Part shown: piece after piece, positions 56,916-63,835 of the stretch
Layout of the letters: the number at the start of each line of letters is the position of its first letter
Position numbering within the stretch: the stretch's first letter is position 1
Notes under the pieces: generated by a model
What the model was told of the DNA's origin: nothing
What the model saw: only the letters and a program-made list of their open reading frames with translations
Database searches by the model: none
Translations under genes and position numbers: made by a program
IMG/VR virus record: IMGVR_UViG_3300021170_000008
Span: 32,001-96,000 of that record
DNA: 64,000 nt
Direction: 5' to 3' (one strand)
Source: a virus

Positions 56916-57383
56916 GTTTGAAATGGCAGGGCTGGCAAGGGTCGAACTCGCAATCGCTGTTTTGGAAGCAGCTACCGTCACCGTCCGGTCAGCCCTATAA
57001 ATTCTACGCTTTCTGTTTGCCTCCGCACGGAAAACCATACAGATATCACACTTGCATTTCCGCTTGAATGCAAAGGACCAGCCACCATGTGTTGCCTTCT
57101 GATTATCCCCATTTTCTCTTGTCTTTTCCAGATGGCACGGCTTGCATAATAACTGGCACTTCAAAAGCTCAGCCTCAAATAAATCCTTTCTCTTCTGCCA
57201 CATCCTTCCGATGTCGCCAACCTTAGTGGCCGGATCGATATGGTCAAAATCAAGATTCTTGGTAGCCCCACATCGGACGCATTTGCCTCCTAATTTAGCT
57301 AGCGCGTACTGCCTGCGGCGCTCCCTCCACTTCGGTAGATAATCCCGAAGATATTCCTGCATTTTCTTGCGAGTGTAGGCCAT
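56901..57383 (-). CDS. HNH endonuclease in tRNA array
   Basis: LGGKC..CG...L.FDHIDP..K, KCQLLC..CH; leaderless promoter TTGCGC-17-TAAACT. Confidence 0.85.
   Translation of the reverse strand: MAYTRKKMQEYLRDYLPKWRERRRQYALAKLGGKCVRCGATKNLDFDHIDPATKVGDIGRMWQKRKDLFEAELLKCQLLCKPCHLEKTRENGDNQKATHGGWSFAFKRKCKCDICMVFRAEANRKRRIYRADRTVTVAASKTAIASSTLASPAISNGSVG
56924..56996 (-). tRNA. tRNA-Trp(CCA)
   Basis: TTCCAAA loop; CCA. Confidence 0.75.
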
Positions 57384-57425
57384 GCGGAAGTTTATCACGC
57401 AGGCACTCACCGCGCAAATTAAAAG

Positions 57426-57519
57426 TGGAGGAGGACCAGGGTCTCCAACCCTGACACCCGTTTAGGGTCTGCTGGGTTCGGGCCAGTGGCCGTTAGGGCG
57501 AATCTCGGCTTAGTCCTCC
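57426..57519 (-). tRNA. atypical tRNA-Ser(CGA)
   Basis: GGAGGAC acceptor; CC-CGA-AC loop; T-loop TTGGAGA; CCA. Confidence 0.55.
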
Positions 57520-57520
57520 A

Positions 57521-57598
57521 TGGTACCCGCCCTCGGATTCGAACCGAGACTGTTCAGTTTCTAAAACTGAGGACTCCTGCCAGTTGGTCTAGGCGGGC
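57521..57598 (-). tRNA. tRNA-Leu(TAG), short variable loop
   Basis: TCAGT-TTTAGAA-ACTGA; CCA. Confidence 0.85.
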
Positions 57599-57617
57599 AA
57601 AATGAATGTCAAAGATC

Positions 57618-57691
57618 TGGAGAGCTAGCGCAGAGTCGAACTGCGTACGTCTCTTTTGCAGAGAGATCCCTGGCCGGTCGGGGTCTAGCTC
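57618..57691 (-). tRNA. tRNA-Cys(GCA)
   Basis: TCTCT-CTGCAAA-AGAGA; U73; CCA. Confidence 0.8.
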
Positions 57692-57796
57692 AAACTGAGT
57701 TTTTGGGATTTAATAACTTGAGAGTTGCAGTCGGGATGACCACAAACAGGAACGCGACAGGAGGGATAAAATGTGTGCGCGGTTCATGTTTAGATA

Positions 57797-58012
57797 TTAC
57801 TTCAATACTTGCGGCGCGTCAAGCATTTTCTTTCTCGTATAGTACTCCCTAGCCGAGAAGTCCATCCCTAAGGCACGCTTAATAACTTCCTCTAGGGGGC
57901 GTAACCCTTGATAGTGGTCTCGCACCGGGAACAATATCTCCTTCCCGTCTACGCACCACATCCACTCGGCCTGCGGCAAATCATTCTTACGGATAACGAC
58001 ACGCGGCTTCAT
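57797..58012 (-). CDS. hypothetical protein
   Basis: MKPRVVIRK start; packed operon. Confidence 0.5.
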   Translation of the reverse strand: MKPRVVIRKNDLPQAEWMWCVDGKEILFPVRDHYQGLRPLEEVIKRALGMDFSAREYYTRKKMLDAPQVLK

Positions 58013-58016
58013 TCTA

Positions 58017-58256
58017 CTAGCCCGGCTCGTGGCCCGTCCCTTCGCAGCGTGGACAATCATACCTTCCATGCACGCACGCTAGGAACCCACTACCGGCGCA
58101 GCGCTGGCAGGCGATTGTCTGGATTGTGTTTTCGATAGGCGGATCTGGGTACTTCGGGTCGCGATGGATCTTGGGAACGATCACCCGCGTCGTCTTGACC
58201 CGGCCTACCCGCTCACGGGCTATCCATTTGATTTCCTTGGGGACGTTGCGCTTCAT
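58017..58256 (-). CDS. small basic protein with CxxCxGxG zinc finger
   Basis: CQRCAGSG and CPRCEGTG. Confidence 0.55.
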   Translation of the reverse strand: MKRNVPKEIKWIARERVGRVKTTRVIVPKIHRDPKYPDPPIENTIQTIACQRCAGSGFLACVHGRYDCPRCEGTGHEPG

Positions 58257-58423
58257 TCTGAATCTCTATCGATCACCACGACCGTAACTCCCTCTTCTGA
58301 CATCAGAATGAAATTACGCGCCTTCGTATCCGGATCAAAGAACCGGTCTCGCTCCTGGGGGAATACGTGATGCAGTAGAGTTGCCCAGGCAGCATACGGC
58401 AGCCTTACGTGAATTTTAGCCAC
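58253..58423 (-). CDS. hypothetical protein
   Basis: GTG start overlapping upstream stop. Confidence 0.45.
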   Translation of the reverse strand: MAKIHVRLPYAAWATLLHHVFPQERDRFFDPDTKARNFILMSEEGVTVVVIDRDSE

Positions 58424-58844
58424 GCTCTTTCTCCAGCATCGCCTTGATGAACGGCTCAATACCGCCGTCGAGTACCGGTTCCAGCGGCAATTCAACGCCG
58501 GTGCGATGGTCAAGCACCGTGCCACGCTTGAAGTTGTACGTCCTGATCTTTTCGCCCTTCTCGGCGGTCTGGCGCGTTCTTTCTACCGGCACTCCAGCCA
58601 TTCTTCTGGCGCATTCTATCCGGTGCCAGTCCTGGAACTCCTTTGATGCTACCAGACGCTTGAATGCAGCTTCCCGGTTCTTGGTATTGCTGCGGTGTTC
58701 ACGGCCTTCGCCACGGGCTCCGGATGCTTTGTGGATCAGACGTACGCCGCTGTTGGACGTGTCTTTACCTCCGCCTCCAGCCCCTCCTACCGAGAAGGTC
58801 TGAATCTAGAAGTCTTTCTTGGTGACACTAAAAAGCAGTTCCAT
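58416..58844 (-). pseudogene. class I release factor-like protein (RF-1 domain) with GGG for GGQ and in-frame TAG at codon 13
   Basis: MELLFSVTKKDF*IQTFSVGGAGGGGKDTSNSGVRLIH...RS..KNRE.A...IRTYNF...V.DHRTG. Confidence 0.75.
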
Positions 58845-59053
58845 TACGCCCTCGCCGCCATTCTCTCCGCTCTCCTGGCTGCTGCCGCAGACGACCGGAT
58901 CTGCCCTACGTGAAACCCGTTACAGAACGGACACCGATACGCCCTGAACTTGGCCTTCTTGAGCTTATGTAAGCTCTTAGCCCGTATCTGGGCGTCCTCC
59001 AGGGTGTGGTGGATCTTCTTCCTGCCGCATTGTCTTTGCTGAAGGTCTGTCAT
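58844..59053 (-). CDS. small zinc-finger phage protein
   Basis: C..K..H and AYRCPFC.GFH. Confidence 0.65.
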   Translation of the reverse strand: MTDLQQRQCGRKKIHHTLEDAQIRAKSLHKLKKAKFRAYRCPFCNGFHVGQIRSSAAAARRAERMAARA

Positions 59054-59058
59054 AAATT

Positions 59059-59134
59059 TGGCTGGGAGTCTTGGGATCGAACCAAGGACCTTCTCTTTCA
59101 GAGAGAGACGCTCTGCCGACTGAGCTAACCCCCA
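59059..59134 (-). tRNA. tRNA-Gln(CTG)
   Basis: TCTCT-CTCTGAA-AGAGA; CCA. Confidence 0.9.
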
Positions 59135-59361
59135 GTAAGACTATCTTTTTCTGTATCGAACGGCTCCATCGGTTCCGTGATCGACGTGTCTTCGCACTCT
59201 TCGTAGTTGCCTACCCGGCGCAGGTACTCCTTGCCTCCGTCCACGGAGATATTTCCGCACTTACAGGACCGGAAGTCATGTACCGACTTCGACTCGATCT
59301 CTTCCCCGCACTTCAAGCACTTGACGCTGTTGCGGATGATTTTCTCTCGCGGTATTTTCAT
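59125..59361 (-). CDS. small zinc-binding phage protein
   Basis: N..KCLKCG..IES...HDF..C.CG...VDGG.EY.RR. Confidence 0.7.
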   Translation of the reverse strand: MKIPREKIIRNSVKCLKCGEEIESKSVHDFRSCKCGNISVDGGKEYLRRVGNYEECEDTSITEPMEPFDTEKDSLTGG

Positions 59362-59750
59362 TTGTATTTACCTACCGCCAGCCGCAATTTAGCGTTTTCC
59401 GTACGTAGGGCCAGCAGTTCGTGCCAAGTAAACTCAGCGTTCATCTTATCAGAGATGAAAGATCCTTCCAGATACGCAATCCACGCCTTGTCCGATAGCT
59501 GCTTGTTTAACTTGCGAAGTCTTTTGGATTCCTTCAGCCAGTCTGATGCCCTCTTAAAAACTCTGTCTATATAACGCTGATCAACACTCTCCTGACGGGT
59601 ATGGCAAATCCCCTGAGCCGCGTGCTTCCCTTTGAATTTACAGTCAGCCTGAACACAGAAGCTCTCCCAGATCTCGCGCTGGAACACGCGGGTCTCGGTC
59701 TTGTGCTTCCCGCCGTGCTTGATGATCTTGACTGGTTTTTCTTGTTTCAT
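59358..59750 (-). CDS. hypothetical protein
   Basis: ORF overlapping next start. Confidence 0.5.
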   Translation of the reverse strand: MKQEKPVKIIKHGGKHKTETRVFQREIWESFCVQADCKFKGKHAAQGICHTRQESVDQRYIDRVFKRASDWLKESKRLRKLNKQLSDKAWIAYLEGSFISDKMNAEFTWHELLALRTENAKLRLAVGKYK

Positions 59751-59755
59751 AAATT

Positions 59756-59785
59756 TGGTAGCGCCGGAGCGACTCGAACGCTCAT
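59756..59785 (-). pseudogene. isolated tRNA 3' half (T arm + acceptor strand + CCA)
   Basis: GAGCG-TTCGAGT-CGCTC-CGGCGCT-A-CCA. Confidence 0.65.
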
Positions 59786-59790
59786 AAAAT

Positions 59791-59867
59791 TGGTGGCTGG
59801 AATCGGTTTCGAACCGCCTTTCAGCGTTTTCAGCGCTGCTCTGTCACCAGACCAGATCCATCCAGCC
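59791..59867 (-). tRNA. tRNA-Phe(GAA), atypical D arm
   Basis: CAGCG-CTGAAAA-CGCTG; CCA. Confidence 0.7.
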
Positions 59868-60390
59868 CTTGCTTAACCAAACGAGAATATATAGCATCGA
59901 CCGCCGTCAGCATATCCGCGTTAGTTATCACGTTACCGTGCTCTATCCTATGACAGTTAGCGCACAACAATCGACACTTCTTTATCTCAGCCGCAATAGC
60001 ACTCCACGATCTACTTGCCGAAGTCCCAACAGTAAAATCCTTGCCTCCGACATGATGGAAATCAAGAGCCGCTAGCGGGACCACGGAACTACACCTAGTA
60101 CAGCTTCCTCCCATTATCTTAACGGCTGCCATTTTTGTAGCAGTGCGCCTGATCTTGGATATACATGCTCCGCAACGCCTTGACCTCCCACGACAGTCTT
60201 TCCCGCAGAAGCGGCATGACCCACTAATTTCTCTGCTCTTTCTGTCCTTCTTAGGGATGTGGATTCTTTTAGTATTATGAGATAGATACGGAGAGCAATC
60301 CAAGCAATACTTACGATCCCTGAACCATTTTCTCTTTCCATCAATCACCATAGTTGACGGGAAGATAGATTGACACTTACGGCACACCAT
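59830..60390 (-). CDS. HNH endonuclease in tRNA array
   Basis: GG.C..C...AALDFHH, KC.LLCANCHR..H. Confidence 0.85.
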   Translation of the reverse strand: MVCRKCQSIFPSTMVIDGKRKWFRDRKYCLDCSPYLSHNTKRIHIPKKDRKSREISGSCRFCGKDCRGRSRRCGACISKIRRTATKMAAVKIMGGSCTRCSSVVPLAALDFHHVGGKDFTVGTSASRSWSAIAAEIKKCRLLCANCHRIEHGNVITNADMLTAVDAIYSRLVKQGLDGSGLVTEQR

Positions 60391-60406
60391 GCACTATTGT
60401 ATCACA

Positions 60407-60853
60407 TCATGCCTTGACCCCGTTGGCTACAGCGCTATTGTCAGTAACAATTCTTTCGAAGATCTTCAGCCCATCCGTCTGAGCATTGAACTTCATGTTC
60501 TTGCTGCCTGGGCTCGTTCCTGACCAGATCAAAATTAACCCGCCGTCGCCTTTCGCCCACTCCGACATCTGCATATTCCGAATGATTCCGGCTTGTTTCC
60601 CGAACTTTTTCCAGTCGGCCTTCATGACCTCAGGCTTCACTTTAAGTTCGTACCGAAGCCACGCTTCAGCTACCTCGTCTACGCCTTTGGCCCCGCCGAC
60701 GCAGAACTTGCTGTTCACCCAGCCATCAAGCTCGTCCAGGCCCTGTCTGATGTACTCGTAGATCAACTGGCGCTCGCCGATCACGTCGGACATGCGCTTG
60801 CCTTCTTTCTCGGCCCCGATCCAGCGCGACCCGGCGATAACTATACGCCGCAT
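60407..60853 (-). CDS. DUF2493 / SLOG (YspA-like) protein
   Basis: IVIAGSR, GGAKGVD, ADW...GK.AG.IRN..M, W.G.SPGS; start re-called to 60853. Confidence 0.8.
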   Translation of the reverse strand: MRRIVIAGSRWIGAEKEGKRMSDVIGERQLIYEYIRQGLDELDGWVNSKFCVGGAKGVDEVAEAWLRYELKVKPEVMKADWKKFGKQAGIIRNMQMSEWAKGDGGLILIWSGTSPGSKNMKFNAQTDGLKIFERIVTDNSAVANGVKA

Positions 60854-61404
60854 AGCCTGCGCCAAAGCAAAACAGCAAGACCGGTCAGTACAAGAGCCGC
60901 AGACCCAGGCTCCGGAACATCCGTAACATAGTACGGAAATAATCTGATCCAACCTCCGCCGTCGCATTCCGAACAAGACCCGGAAACAGATCCAGCTATC
61001 GTAAACTGCTCTCCAGAATAGAACTCATACTCGGGCATACCGTGCGGTCCAATGCCGACATTGGGTAGACTGACACTGAATCCAGACCGTCCCCATATTG
61101 CCGTGGCATCTTGCGCTGCGTATAGCTCAATCATCCCAGGCAATCCAGAAGTCGTCACGATGTCCATCTCAATTGAGAACGACGCTGACCCCGAAGCCTC
61201 CGTACATTGATCGAAAGCATTACACCAAGACGACAGTAAGACTGTAGCTACCGGCAGGTTCGAAAACGGATCAACTTCAGCGTAAGCGCTGGCGGTAGCG
61301 CCTGATCCTGACGCCTGCTGAGACGTGTTAAACACAGCAGGGCCAAGTGAAACCGTATCGGCCAACAGCGGCAACGAAAGCGCCAGTAGCAGCATGGCCT
61401 TCAT
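60841..61404 (-). CDS. PEP-CTERM sorting domain protein
   Basis: Signal peptide; VPEPGS + TM helix + RR; leaderless promoter TTGACA-17-GATAAT. Confidence 0.85.
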   Translation of the reverse strand: MKAMLLLALSLPLLADTVSLGPAVFNTSQQASGSGATASAYAEVDPFSNLPVATVLLSSWCNAFDQCTEASGSASFSIEMDIVTTSGLPGMIELYAAQDATAIWGRSGFSVSLPNVGIGPHGMPEYEFYSGEQFTIAGSVSGSCSECDGGGWIRLFPYYVTDVPEPGSAALVLTGLAVLLWRRLCGV

Positions 61405-61514
61405 ATCTTTATTATCGCTCTACGCAAAGTATCTGTCAAGACTAATCAGGCCGTCCGCCGGGCTTCCCGCTAGGTTAGGGCTGGGTAAGCAACAACGTGA
61501 CGGCCTGAACTTGT

Positions 61515-61590
61515 TGGCGTCCCTGCGGAGAATTGAACTCCGATTGTCGGCTTGAGAAACCGATTTCCTTGCCGTTTAGAAGACAGGGAC
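61515..61590 (-). tRNA. tRNA-Glu(CTC)
   Basis: TCGGT-TTCTCAA-GCCGA; CCA. Confidence 0.85.
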
Positions 61591-61591
61591 G

Positions 61592-61666
61592 TGGCGGGCG
61601 CGAGCAGAATCGAACTGCCGTCGAGGCATAGACAGTGCCCCATCTTGGCCACTAGAAGACGCGCCC
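61592..61666 (-). tRNA. tRNA-Asp(GTC)
   Basis: GGGCA-CTGTCTA-TGCCT; CCA. Confidence 0.85.
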
Positions 61667-61672
61667 TAAACT

Positions 61673-61747
61673 TGGTGCTCGGCTCCGGACTTGAACCGGA
61701 ATTGTCAGATTCGTAATCTGAAGACCTATCCATTGATCGAACCGAGC
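61673..61747 (-). tRNA. tRNA-Arg(ACG)
   Basis: TCAGA-TTACGAA-TCTGA; CCA. Confidence 0.9.
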
Positions 61748-61748
61748 A

Positions 61749-61822
61749 TGGTACCGCCAGCGAGAATCGGACTCGCGTTGCAGGAGTGAAAATCCTGATT
61801 CCTACCACTAGAAGATGGCGGC
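61749..61822 (-). tRNA. tRNA-Glu(TTC)
   Basis: CAGGA-TTTTCAC-TCCTG; CCA. Confidence 0.85.
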
Positions 61823-61832
61823 ATAAATCTAA

Positions 61833-61906
61833 TGAGCCCGGAGAGAATCGAACTCTCGATGTACGGATTAAAAATCCGTTGCTCGGCCAACGTGAGCGAC
61901 GGGCTC
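61833..61906 (-). tRNA. tRNA-Lys(TTT)
   Basis: ACGGA-TTTTTAA-TCCGT; no encoded CCA. Confidence 0.85.
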
Positions 61907-61913
61907 GCAAAAC

Positions 61914-61991
61914 TGGTGGACCGCCTCGGACTCGAACCGAGAATCGCCGGAGTAAGAATCCGGAGCTTTAATCCAATTTAGCTAACGGTCC
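61914..61991 (-). tRNA. tRNA-Lys(CTT)
   Basis: CCGGA-TTCTTAC-TCCGG; CCA. Confidence 0.9.
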
Positions 61992-61997
61992 AAACTT

Positions 61998-62076
61998 TGG
62001 TGCCTCTTCTTGGATTCGAACCAAGGGCCTACCGATTATGAGCCGGTTGCTCTGGGCCAGACTGAGCTAAAGAGGC
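61998..62076 (-). tRNA. tRNA-Met/Ile2(CAT)
   Basis: ACCGG-CTCATAA-TCGGT; CCA. Confidence 0.9.
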
Positions 62077-62080
62077 AAAA

Positions 62081-62155
62081 TGGTTGGGAGTGACAGACTC
62101 GAACTGTCGTAGTAAGATTCAAAATCTTACGTCCTAGCCGCTGAACGAACTCCCA
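62081..62155 (-). tRNA. tRNA-Gln(TTG)
   Basis: TAAGA-TTTTGAA-TCTTA; CCA. Confidence 0.9.
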
Positions 62156-62162
62156 TCAAAAT

Positions 62163-62239
62163 TGGTGCGCCTGGGAGGAATCGAACCCCCGTAGTCTCCG
62201 GTAGAAACGGAGCGCATAAATCCGCTCTGCCACAGGCGC
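62163..62239 (-). tRNA. tRNA-Arg(TCT)
   Basis: CTCCG-TTTCTAC-CGGAG; CCA. Confidence 0.85.
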
Positions 62240-62243
62240 TTAA

Positions 62244-62337
62244 TGGCCACCGACTGGGCGACTCACACCCTCGACTCTCGCCGGGGTAACTTGCGGCATA
62301 CGATCCGCATGGCGACGATCCCAGCATCTAGTGGCCA
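62244..62337 (-). ncRNA. unidentified structured RNA in a tRNA-sized slot
   Basis: Nested stems TGGCCACT/GGTGGCCA, CTGGG/CCCAG, TCGCC/GGCGA, TGCGG/CCGCA. Confidence 0.5.
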
Positions 62338-62340
62338 ACT

Positions 62341-62414
62341 TGGTCCCTTCGGAACGAGTCGCACGTTCGTCGGTCGGTTATCAGCCGACTGCATTGCTCT
62401 TATGCTACGAAGGG
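62341..62414 (-). tRNA. tRNA-Ile(GAT)
   Basis: GTCGG-CTGATAA-CCGAC; CCA. Confidence 0.8.
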
Positions 62415-62419
62415 GAAAT

Positions 62420-62495
62420 TGGTACCGGTATCCAGACTCGAACTGGAATTCCTGCCTTCGGAGGACAGTGCCCTGATCCCTTGGACGATACCGGC
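62420..62495 (-). tRNA. tRNA-Arg(CCG)
   Basis: CTGTC-CTCCGAA-GGCAG; CCA. Confidence 0.85.
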
Positions 62496-62501
62496 GAAAC
62501 T

Positions 62502-62575
62502 TTTAGGCGTCGAGATTTGAACTCGAATTTGCCCCTTAGGAGGGGGCCGTCGTATCCGGGTTGGACCACGCCCAA
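62502..62575 (-). tRNA. tRNA-Arg(CCT), weak acceptor stem
   Basis: GCCCC-CTCCTAA-GGGGC; no CCA. Confidence 0.65.
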
Positions 62576-62577
62576 CT

Positions 62578-62653
62578 TGGTACCGGGGTAGAGGATCGAA
62601 CTCTACTGCAACTGTGTGTAGGACAGTGGCCCTCTCCAGAAGGCGACCCCGGC
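62578..62653 (-). tRNA. tRNA-Val(TAC)
   Basis: ACTGT-CCTACAC-ACAGT; CCA. Confidence 0.8.
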
Positions 62654-62660
62654 ATTGAAA

Positions 62661-62750
62661 TGGCTCACGGGGCAGGATTCGAACCTGCGGCGGGGACTGA
62701 GTCCCTCCTGATTAACAGTCAGGCTCCTGCTACCACTCGGATACCCGTGA
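62661..62750 (-). tRNA. tRNA-Asn(GTT) with long variable arm
   Basis: CCTGA-CTGTTAA-TCAGG; V arm GGGAC-TCA-GTCCC; CCA. Confidence 0.8.
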
Positions 62751-62757
62751 ATAAAAT

Positions 62758-62832
62758 TGGTCGGGGTAGGTGTTCTCGACTCACCGGCCTCAGCTTCCCA
62801 AAAGCCGCGCTCTGCCTCTGAGCTATACCCCG
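62758..62832 (-). tRNA. tRNA-Pro(TGG), atypical T loop
   Basis: CGGCT-TTTGGGA-AGCTG; CCA. Confidence 0.75.
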
Positions 62833-62836
62833 AAAT

Positions 62837-62911
62837 TGGTTGCGGAGGGGAGAATCGAACTCCCGATCCCGTGCGCCCGAGGCACGTACCATACCACTTG
62901 GCTACTCCGCA
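62837..62911 (-). tRNA. tRNA-Pro(CGG)
   Basis: CGTGC-CTCGGGC-GCACG; U1-A72; CCA. Confidence 0.8.
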
Positions 62912-62917
62912 AAAACT

Positions 62918-62981
62918 TGATGCCGGGGTGCCGGATTTTCACCGACCGCCCATGGTTGAAACCGCGTGCTCCGACCCCGGC
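62918..62981 (-). ncRNA. D-armless tRNA-like RNA
   Basis: 8-bp GCCGGGGT/ACCCCGGC stem + T-like arm GTCGG-TGAAAAT-CCGGC. Confidence 0.5.
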
Positions 62982-63032
62982 GCATTGGACTGCATTCTAT
63001 TGTCAAACAACTCAGCCCAACCAACTAATGAG

Positions 63033-63143
63033 CTATGTGTACTTCTTAACCCAGCGGCACACGCCGCAGATGATGCAGCGTAACTTCTCTACGTTCTCCG
63101 TCACCTTGCCGCATCGCTTGCAGAAGATCGCTTCTTGATCCAT
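63033..63143 (-). CDS. 36-aa zinc-ribbon peptide
   Basis: CKRCG and CIICG; below ORF-track cutoff. Confidence 0.45.
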   Translation of the reverse strand: MDQEAIFCKRCGKVTENVEKLRCIICGVCRWVKKYT

Positions 63144-63149
63144 AACTTT

Positions 63150-63225
63150 TGGGAGGCTATGTCAGGATCGAACTGACGTAAACGGTTCCACAGACCGTCC
63201 CCTGAACCACTCGGGTAATAGCCCC
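63150..63225 (-). tRNA. tRNA-His(GTG)
   Basis: ACGGT-CTGTGGA-ACCGT; G-1/C73; CCA. Confidence 0.85.
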
Positions 63226-63236
63226 GCATTCAAACT

Positions 63237-63316
63237 TGGTGGAGCACTGGAGTAACGATCTCCACTGAAATTCCGCATTGCAAGTGCGGCGACCACCCCA
63301 TGCAGTCCCGTGCCCC
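63237..63316 (-). tRNA. tRNA-Ala(TGC), atypical T loop
   Basis: CCGCA-CTTGCAA-TGCGG; G3-U70; CCA. Confidence 0.75.
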
Positions 63317-63321
63317 AAAAC

Positions 63322-63399
63322 TGGAGCGAGTGGAGCGATTTGAACGCTCGGCCTGTTCGTTGGCAACGAACCGCTCTAGCCAGACTGAGCTACACCCGC
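63322..63399 (-). tRNA. tRNA-Gly(GCC)
   Basis: GTTCG-TTGCCAA-CGAAC; U73; CCA. Confidence 0.9.
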
Positions 63400-63792
63400 C
63401 GAATACATTCCCGGTATACGCTTAGGATTTCTCTCCCGCTGCGCCTTCAATCTCTGCCGTTGATGTTCTCTACACAATTCGCACCGGCAGCCACGCCTAT
63501 ACGATGCGTGCGTTCCGTGTACAGCATCCCTACGAAATTCCTCCGCCGTCTTTTTCTCATGGCACTTCCTGCACAGGACCTGACACTTCTTTAATTCCTC
63601 AGTCCTAGTACTTTCCTTCCATGACCAGATCCTGTGCGACACTTTCGTCTTTGGGTCGATGTGGTCAACTTCAAGCCTTTCCCATGACCCACACCGCCTG
63701 CACGGCCCGTTTGCGGAAAGCCATTCATTCCGACGTTTCCGAATCCATTTGAGCCTATATTCTTTTTGCTCCACCGGATCAATGTAAGGCAT
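63376..63792 (-). CDS. HNH endonuclease in tRNA array
   Basis: PC..CGS...LEVDHIDP, KCQVLC..CH, HGT..SY..GCRC; leaderless promoter TTGACT-17-TAACAT. Confidence 0.85.
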   Translation of the reverse strand: MPYIDPVEQKEYRLKWIRKRRNEWLSANGPCRRCGSWERLEVDHIDPKTKVSHRIWSWKESTRTEELKKCQVLCRKCHEKKTAEEFRRDAVHGTHASYRRGCRCELCREHQRQRLKAQRERNPKRIPGMYSAGVAQSG

Positions 63793-63835
63793 GGAGCGAT
63801 GTTACAGGACAAACCCGACAGAGTCAATCTCAAAA

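Noticed and set aside
57710-57787. 25-aa leader-peptide-like ORF before tRNA-Cys
   Set aside because: No SD, no promoter and no attenuator visible.
61470-63366. ORF-track calls overlapping the tRNA block
   Set aside because: They are translations of tRNA genes.
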